DNA of 64,000 nucleotides from an uncultured Rhodothermaceae bacterium (GTDB lineage Bacteria; Bacteroidota; Rhodothermia; Rhodothermales; Bin80): NCBI GenBank assembly GCA_964503085.1, contig CAZCYQ010000009.1, positions 4,825 to 68,824 of the forward strand, read 5' to 3'. Shown piece by piece: positions 58,361 to 64,000 of this stretch (position 1 is its first letter; each line of letters starts with the position of its first letter). The notes under the pieces were generated by a model. It saw only the letters and a program-made list of their open reading frames with translations, ran no database searches and was not told where the DNA came from. The position numbers and the translations under genes were made by a program.

Positions 58361-59473
58361 TCAAAAATCGACCGAGTACACTACGAGAATATACTCACCG
58401 GATTCACTACGCAGGGTACCGTAAGCGCGTGCGTTGGCGGTATCAATCACGTACAATCTCAGGGTTCTTGGAAGCAGAACCTGACCGATCATCCTGCCTT
58501 CAGAATCAAGCACTTGCCACCGTGCTTCGCTGGCAGGGGCCTCAACGTAGTCTTTGATCCAGATGTTATCCTGATCATCAATTACGAAATACCTATACGC
58601 AGGCTTGAACTCAGGGTACATCTCCCGAGCTTCTTTTTCTAACCACGCGGGGAAATTGCGTTTCAATGGTACACGATCGTGGGGTCGCCGGATAGTGCGG
58701 ACTGAATCACCGGCCAGTGATGTCACCAAGATGTCAATTTCCGTATTCCAACCCGAGTAGAAAAGCTGACTAGCACTCAATTCGAACACCGAGTTAGGGG
58801 CAAACTCGGCTTCCCGCACGAATGGGCCGCGATCAGGGTCGAAACCAACATACACGTCCAAGTTCGGCAGGCGAACAAGTTCGCGGATACGCTCACCCGA
58901 CCAAGACGTAAGAACGACGTAACTGTGTCGGGGCTTCTCTACGTTGTCGGCTCCTATCATCGTGTTGTACCGGATAATGGGGCCATGATCGGAAACCCCT
59001 ACGACTGATATGGCGGCTCCCCAGTCGTCTTCGTTGTGTGGGAATCGAATCTGGCGCACAGGCGTGAAGTCTGTCGGGTCGTACACATGTAAGGTACTTT
59101 CCCTCCAATCCATAACGTAGACTGAGTCGGATGGGCCCACATCCACATCACCCACAGAGACATATTCTCCTGGACCCTCACCCACCCCACCGACAGAACC
59201 GAGCCATTCTCCGTCCACCGAGAAAACAGCTACCGAAGGTGGTTGGTTGTCTGCAATTAGGATTCTATCCTTAGAATCCACAGCCAAATCCCAGATTTGA
59301 CCGAATAGGTACGCGTTTTCGTCCGTGTCCTCACCCAGGCGAAGTATTTCGGTGAATGCTATTTCTGCCTCTTCTGCACGAGGCTGCCCGAATAAAGTGT
59401 TACTGGGCAGCACCGAGATGAAGAAGATGGTCAGCGCTACCTGGATTATCCGCAGACGGCTGGCACAAACCAT
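58361..59473 (-). CDS. BF3164-like six-bladed beta-propeller family protein (exported)
   Basis: 370 aa with an N-terminal hydrophobic signal. 'GEGPGEY' and repeated 'I.V.D......V..D' blade-like segments match my recollection of the Bacteroidota six-bladed beta-propeller lipoprotein family. Confidence 0.55.
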   Translation of the reverse strand: MVCASRLRIIQVALTIFFISVLPSNTLFGQPRAEEAEIAFTEILRLGEDTDENAYLFGQIWDLAVDSKDRILIADNQPPSVAVFSVDGEWLGSVGGVGEGPGEYVSVGDVDVGPSDSVYVMDWRESTLHVYDPTDFTPVRQIRFPHNEDDWGAAISVVGVSDHGPIIRYNTMIGADNVEKPRHSYVVLTSWSGERIRELVRLPNLDVYVGFDPDRGPFVREAEFAPNSVFELSASQLFYSGWNTEIDILVTSLAGDSVRTIRRPHDRVPLKRNFPAWLEKEAREMYPEFKPAYRYFVIDDQDNIWIKDYVEAPASEARWQVLDSEGRMIGQVLLPRTLRLYVIDTANARAYGTLRSESGEYILVVYSVDF

Positions 59474-59733
59474 TGCTGGTCGCCATTCTCGGAGTCGAGT
59501 AGCTTTTTAGGCGCAATGGCTCAGATGGAGCAGAAAACGAATACGCGCATCGCTATCCTCTGCACGATATGATGTCGGGAGCGGACCAACCAGAATTCCT
59601 AACCTAAGCATTGATTTTCATTTCATCTAAATATAAAATTACGCCTAATCGGCCCGATACGCCCCAACATTCGCTGAAACAAGCCCCGAGTCTAAAAGGG
59701 TTAAGAGGGTCCCAGGACATCGAAAACAGGCCA

Positions 59734-59873
59734 AACAACCCAGGGTAAAGCTGAATTCCTTCTGAAACTTGACCTACCTACACGCAACAGGCCAGATGTA
59801 TGCAACGAATAACCCAGAGTAACGCTGAACACCTACTCAAACCCCTCCTGAAACACATTTAACTGACCTATAT
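59734..59873 (+). repeat. Degenerate tandem duplication with a ~74-bp period
   Basis: Unit 1 'aacaacccagggtaaagctgaattccttctgaaacttgacctaccta...' versus unit 2 'aataacccagagtaacgctgaacacct...cctgaaacacatttaactgacctatat'. The units share blocks separated by indels. Confidence 0.5.
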
Positions 59874-59908
59874 TTAATTTTCGGGCAAACACTAGACAAT
59901 AACGGTAG
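59872..59908 (+). repeat. Right copy of the imperfect ~40-bp direct repeat
   Basis: atttaattttcgggcaaacactagacaataacggtag. See 57981-58021. Confidence 0.85.
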
Positions 59909-59914
59909 TCAGCG

Positions 59915-61252
59915 ATGCATTATCCCCTCAGAAACATGAAAACGCAAATAAGCTTATTGATTGTTGCCGCCGGGCTGTATACCTGCGGCTTGGTGCACGC
60001 ACAGGAAATCACCGCATTTACTAATGTGACGGTGCTTCCTATGGACAGCGATCGCGTGCTGGAGGAACACACAGTCCTTGTTGAGGGCGATCGCATTTTG
60101 TCTGTTGGATCAGATGTTGAGGTGCCTGTCGGGGCACAGATGATTGATGGTACAGGCAAGTTTCTTTTGCCGGGCCTTGCAGAAATGCATGGTCACATAC
60201 CACGACCGGATCAGCCTGAACAGTACACCGAAGATGTGCTTTTTCTGTATGTGGCCAACGGAATTACGACCGTCCGGGGAATGCAAGGCGCCCCTGGACA
60301 GCTGGAACTTAAACAGCGTGCAAACAATAGCGAACTTATCGCACCTACACTCTATTTAGCCGGCCCAAGTTTCAACGGCGGTTCTGTGAACTCACCGGAG
60401 CAGGCCGTCGCAATGGTGCGCACACAGGTTAAAGAAGGCTGGGACCTGTTGAAAGTGCTTACTGGCATGTCGAAAGCAGAATTTGATGCTATGGCACGTA
60501 CAGCGGCCGAAGAAGGGATTCGTTTTGGCGGCCATGTGCCTGCAGATGTGGGATTGATGCACGCACTGAATATGGGACAGGAGACCTTTGATCATGTGGA
60601 CGGCTATGTGGAATACATCCGCGCACAGGACCGCCCAGAGGCCGAAGCACTGGAAGAGGCTATTGCGCTCACCAAAGAAAAGGGCGGCTGGATCGTGCCG
60701 ACCATGGCATTCTGGGAAGTCCTGTTTGGTGTCATTGATCTGGAAGACCTGCGGGCGTACGACGAATTGAAGTATATGCCGCCAGCGGTTGTGGAAAGGT
60801 GGTTTCGAATAATTGAGGGACGACAGAATCACCCCCAATATGACAGAGCCGCGGCTTTGGATTTAATCCATACCCGTATGCGCGTGTTGCGCGCACTGCA
60901 CGAGGCGGATGTTCGTATCCTTATGGGCACTGATTCCCCGCAATTCTTCAGTGTACCCGGATTCTCTTTGCATCGCGAACTTGAACGAATGGTGGATGCG
61001 GGAATGTCCAACTATGCGATCCTTCATACAGGTACACGGGCTGTAGGTGAATATTTTGCAAACGAAGACACATTTGGAACGATCAGCGAGGGCGCACGGG
61101 CGGACCTGTTACTAGTGGATGGCAACCCCCTAGAGGACCTCTTGCACCTGCAGGAGCTGTCCGGGGTTATGGTGCGTGGCAATTGGTACACCCGTACATC
61201 ACTGGACGAACACCTGGAAGGCATTGCAGAAGCCCACCGTAACTCCAACTGA
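59915..61252 (+). CDS. Amidohydrolase-family metallo-hydrolase, secreted
   Basis: 445 aa with a signal peptide. It has the HxH motif 'AEMHGHI' and the C-terminal 'ADLLLVDGNPLEDL'. An alternative start is the ATG at 59936. Confidence 0.8.
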   Translation: MHYPLRNMKTQISLLIVAAGLYTCGLVHAQEITAFTNVTVLPMDSDRVLEEHTVLVEGDRILSVGSDVEVPVGAQMIDGTGKFLLPGLAEMHGHIPRPDQPEQYTEDVLFLYVANGITTVRGMQGAPGQLELKQRANNSELIAPTLYLAGPSFNGGSVNSPEQAVAMVRTQVKEGWDLLKVLTGMSKAEFDAMARTAAEEGIRFGGHVPADVGLMHALNMGQETFDHVDGYVEYIRAQDRPEAEALEEAIALTKEKGGWIVPTMAFWEVLFGVIDLEDLRAYDELKYMPPAVVERWFRIIEGRQNHPQYDRAAALDLIHTRMRVLRALHEADVRILMGTDSPQFFSVPGFSLHRELERMVDAGMSNYAILHTGTRAVGEYFANEDTFGTISEGARADLLLVDGNPLEDLLHLQELSGVMVRGNWYTRTSLDEHLEGIAEAHRNSN

Positions 61253-61257
61253 TCTTC

Positions 61258-63834
61258 ATGCGAGGTACTGGCTTCCTGATAGTTCTTCTGGGCTTATCTC
61301 CGCTGGTTGCACAGGCCCAGAACGCGGACGCTCTGCTGAATGAGGGGAGTTACAGAGAGGCGCGCGCCGCCTTCTCGGATAGCCTGTATGGTGTCAATAT
61401 TGAGGGCTATTTCGAGACCTATCTCCAAACTGGAGCCTATGAAGCAGGACTTCGGCGGGCGCAGCAAATGCTCCGCAACACGTCTCATCCGGCGTATGTG
61501 AACTATGCCATTGGCCGGCTGCAAACCGTCACGGGCAATTGGACTGAAGCTCAAGCGGCCTATTTAGCCGCAATTCAGGCCAAGAATGACTACTGGCTCG
61601 CAGGCCTGGAGCTTGCCGAATTGTACCGACAGCGAGGCAATTCACGTCAGGCCGAGCGCCTGTATTCGGTGATCAACGCTCGATTGAGACAAGGAGGGTT
61701 CACTACTGCCCTAGGCCTTGCAATTGGAGCACGGGCTGCGATGCGCCTTGGAGATCACCACGAGGCCAATGAAGCCTTCTCAACGGCGCTTCGCCTGGAT
61801 GCAGATAACGTTCAAGTCATACTGTGGTATGGAGACCTGTACAGGATTACCCATGACGAAGCATTCGCGAAGGATCTCTACGAAAGAGCTCTCGGAATAA
61901 ATTCAAGACGCGCCGAAATATACGTGAAACTGGCTGCGGTCACCGGATCGTATGCTCAGAAGGAGGAGCTTTCTGAACAGGCACTGCGGATCACAGACGA
62001 CTTTGTGCCGGCATTGGCACTTAAGGCCAAACTGCACTTATTGGATGGGGATTTCGCCAAAGCTGTAACCGTCGCGCGCCAAGCACTGGATCATAATTCG
62101 GGCAGTATAGAGGCATGGGCGCATTATGCTGCTGCGCAACATATGCAAGGAGCGCCTGAATCTGTGAGTCTGGCAGAAACCGCGGTTCTCGAGCTCACTA
62201 CCCGTCCCACATCCTTCTATCGCATAATCAGTGAGGATTTAGCATTGCGATTCCGATACCCCGATGCCGCCACCTATGCCCAAAAAGCCGTCGAGTCCGA
62301 TCCCGGCAATGCTGCTGCTAACGCAACCTACGCAACTGCACTCATGCGCCTGGGAGAGGTGGAGTCAGCGCGCACATACATGGAGCGCAGCTATGAGCGG
62401 GATGCCTTTAATCTGTACGCGGCCAATACTCTAAGCCTGTTGGATGCACTGGATGAGTTCGCAACACTGACAAGTCAGCATTTTACGCTTCGCATTCACA
62501 AGGATGAGCGGGATGTATTGGGTCCCGTAATGTTGCGCGAAGCCGAAAAGGCTTACGAAGTTCTGCAGAGCCACTACGGATACGAACCTGAGGACCGGAT
62601 CCTGCTGGAGGCCTATAATGATGCGGACGACTTTGCAGTCCGCGTAGCAGGAGTACCACATATCGGCCTGCTAGGTGTGTGTTTTGGGGATGTTGTGGCT
62701 ATCAATACACCCGCTGCGATATCAGAAACACGGTATAACTGGGCCCGCACGCTCTGGCATGAGTTAGCGCACACAATGACCGTCGGACTGAGTAATTATC
62801 AGGTGCCAAGATGGTTGACCGAAGGCCTGTCAGTCTATGAGGAAGTGCGTGCGAACCCAGCCTGGAGACGTGATCTGGAGCTCCAGTTCTTTACCGCGTA
62901 TGATCAGGGCCGACTACACAGTCTGGAGGAAATTGACCGGGGCTTTACACGTCCGACATTCCAGGGGCAGGTCCTTTTAAGTTATTATCACGCCTATCGC
63001 GTCGTTGAATTTGTCGTCGCCGAATATGGATTTGATGCAATAATGGGCGTACTGGATTCCTTGGCCAGTGGGCAATCAGATTCGGCGGCAATACAAAACG
63101 CAATAGGCGTATCTCGTGAGGCGCTGGATACGGCATTTAGGGCACACCTGGATCAGGAAAGAGATCGACTGGACCCTGTTCTTCAAGGATGGCCGGATAT
63201 GCTTACCGAAGAACTGCACGGTGGAAACCTCAGGGAGTATCTGGCCGGCAGAGGCGAAAGCTCCTTCTATGATCTTTTGACCGAAGGGGAGGAAGCCCTT
63301 GAAGCGGGCAATCTCGACGACGCCGAGTCTGCGTACCGCATGGCCCTGGACATTTATTCGAGCTACACCGGTCCAGGCAACCCTCATGAAGGTCTGGCAG
63401 AAGTGTATCGGCGGCGAGGACAGGATACTGAACTAGCTCAGGTCCTGCAGGATCACCTCGCAATGCATCCCTATGGAGATGCACAGGCGGTAGAGCTGGC
63501 AAGTATCTTGCTGCAGCGTACAGATACAACCCGGGCCGTAAGCTATCTGACACGTTCGCGCTACACGCAGCCCTATGATGCGGAGGTTCTCGGACAATTG
63601 GCTGAACTGCACGCCGAACTGGACCAACATGCGCAAGCAGTGGAAATGCGGCGGGCACTATTAGCGCTCAATCCGGTAAATCGCGCCGAGGCACAGTTCG
63701 CACTAGCGACCAGCCTTTATCGCAACCGACAAATGACCGAGGCGAAACGTGCAGTACTTCAGTCACTTGAAATTGCACCGGGTTACCGCGAAGCACAAAG
63801 ACTGCTACTGAAAATAGTGGACGGCGATGAGTAG
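61258..63834 (+). CDS. TPR-repeat protein with an embedded HEXXH (peptidase MA-like) domain
   Basis: 858 aa with a signal peptide. It has multiple TPR-like helical repeats and the zinc-binding motif 'LWHELAHTM' followed by 'EGLSVYEE'. Confidence 0.7.
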   Translation: MRGTGFLIVLLGLSPLVAQAQNADALLNEGSYREARAAFSDSLYGVNIEGYFETYLQTGAYEAGLRRAQQMLRNTSHPAYVNYAIGRLQTVTGNWTEAQAAYLAAIQAKNDYWLAGLELAELYRQRGNSRQAERLYSVINARLRQGGFTTALGLAIGARAAMRLGDHHEANEAFSTALRLDADNVQVILWYGDLYRITHDEAFAKDLYERALGINSRRAEIYVKLAAVTGSYAQKEELSEQALRITDDFVPALALKAKLHLLDGDFAKAVTVARQALDHNSGSIEAWAHYAAAQHMQGAPESVSLAETAVLELTTRPTSFYRIISEDLALRFRYPDAATYAQKAVESDPGNAAANATYATALMRLGEVESARTYMERSYERDAFNLYAANTLSLLDALDEFATLTSQHFTLRIHKDERDVLGPVMLREAEKAYEVLQSHYGYEPEDRILLEAYNDADDFAVRVAGVPHIGLLGVCFGDVVAINTPAAISETRYNWARTLWHELAHTMTVGLSNYQVPRWLTEGLSVYEEVRANPAWRRDLELQFFTAYDQGRLHSLEEIDRGFTRPTFQGQVLLSYYHAYRVVEFVVAEYGFDAIMGVLDSLASGQSDSAAIQNAIGVSREALDTAFRAHLDQERDRLDPVLQGWPDMLTEELHGGNLREYLAGRGESSFYDLLTEGEEALEAGNLDDAESAYRMALDIYSSYTGPGNPHEGLAEVYRRRGQDTELAQVLQDHLAMHPYGDAQAVELASILLQRTDTTRAVSYLTRSRYTQPYDAEVLGQLAELHAELDQHAQAVEMRRALLALNPVNRAEAQFALATSLYRNRQMTEAKRAVLQSLEIAPGYREAQRLLLKIVDGDE

Positions 63835-63838
63835 ATGC

Positions 63839-64000
63839 ATGCAAACGATCGTGGTGATGATGGCTCTGGCCTTGTGCAGCACGAAAGCCCTGGCACAGAC
63901 CGACTACGGCTTCCGGTTTGTACGTGTGCGATTTGAGGTGCCAGGAATGAATGAGCGTGGCAGAGGATGGGGGCGAGGCGGCGGACCCATGTGGGCACAT
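63839..64000 (+). CDS. DUF4159-like protein, N-terminal fragment (runs off the window)
   Basis: From ATG 63839 the product is 'MQTIVVMMALALCSTKALAQTDYGFRFVRVRFEVPG...GGGPMWAH', open to base 64000. The signal peptide plus 'F.F.R..Y....W.HD'-type start matches my recollection of DUF4159. Confidence 0.5.
   Translation, partial: MQTIVVMMALALCSTKALAQTDYGFRFVRVRFEVPGMNERGRGWGRGGGPMWAH

Overview
This is a chromosomal window, apparently from an FCB-group bacterium that looks Bacteroidota/Rhodothermota/Balneolota-like. That lineage call is an inference from four things: a dcw cluster with no murF, murB or ddl; a b558-type five-helix SdhC; mostly absent Shine-Dalgarno sequences; and BF3164-like beta-propeller lipoproteins. 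Gene density is high and most content is housekeeping.

**Housekeeping content**
- 1-14.6 kb: a complete dcw cluster (mraZ-rsmH-ftsL-ftsI-murE-mraY-murD-ftsW-murG-murC-ftsQ-ftsA-ftsZ).
- Next: rpsT, an OmpA/PKD outer-membrane protein, queG, and lysS with a cyclophilin.
- 27.9-39.1 kb: peptide and D-amino-acid metabolism genes (DUF1611 plus dipeptide epimerase, S9 dipeptidyl peptidase, a D-aminoacylase-family lipoprotein, an acyl-CoA carboxyltransferase beta subunit), with an alpha-glucan phosphorylase among them.
- After that: a LysM-rich lytic transglycosylase, a CaCA exchanger and sdhCAB-gltA.
- An RNase E/G operon, aroQ and nadE follow.
- The window ends with an amidohydrolase and a TPR/HEXXH protein.

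I found no rRNA, tRNA, CRISPR array, transposase or integrase.

**Three accessory-looking loci**
1. 23.5-27.5 kb: a terminator-bracketed minus-strand operon. A 107-aa signal-peptide, acidic, 4-Cys ORF is followed by three tandem mosaic paralogs (373, 373 and 374 aa) of an exported protein of unknown function.
2. 42.1-45.1 kb: a solitary 993-aa gamma-class N6-adenine methyltransferase-domain protein with large uncharacterised N- and C-terminal regions. It may be a type IIG-like restriction-modification enzyme or an orphan methyltransferase.
3. 58.0-59.9 kb: a BF3164-like six-bladed beta-propeller gene on a ~1.9-kb segment bracketed by ~40-bp imperfect direct repeats.

All functional calls come from motif recognition by eye. 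No database search or computation was run.
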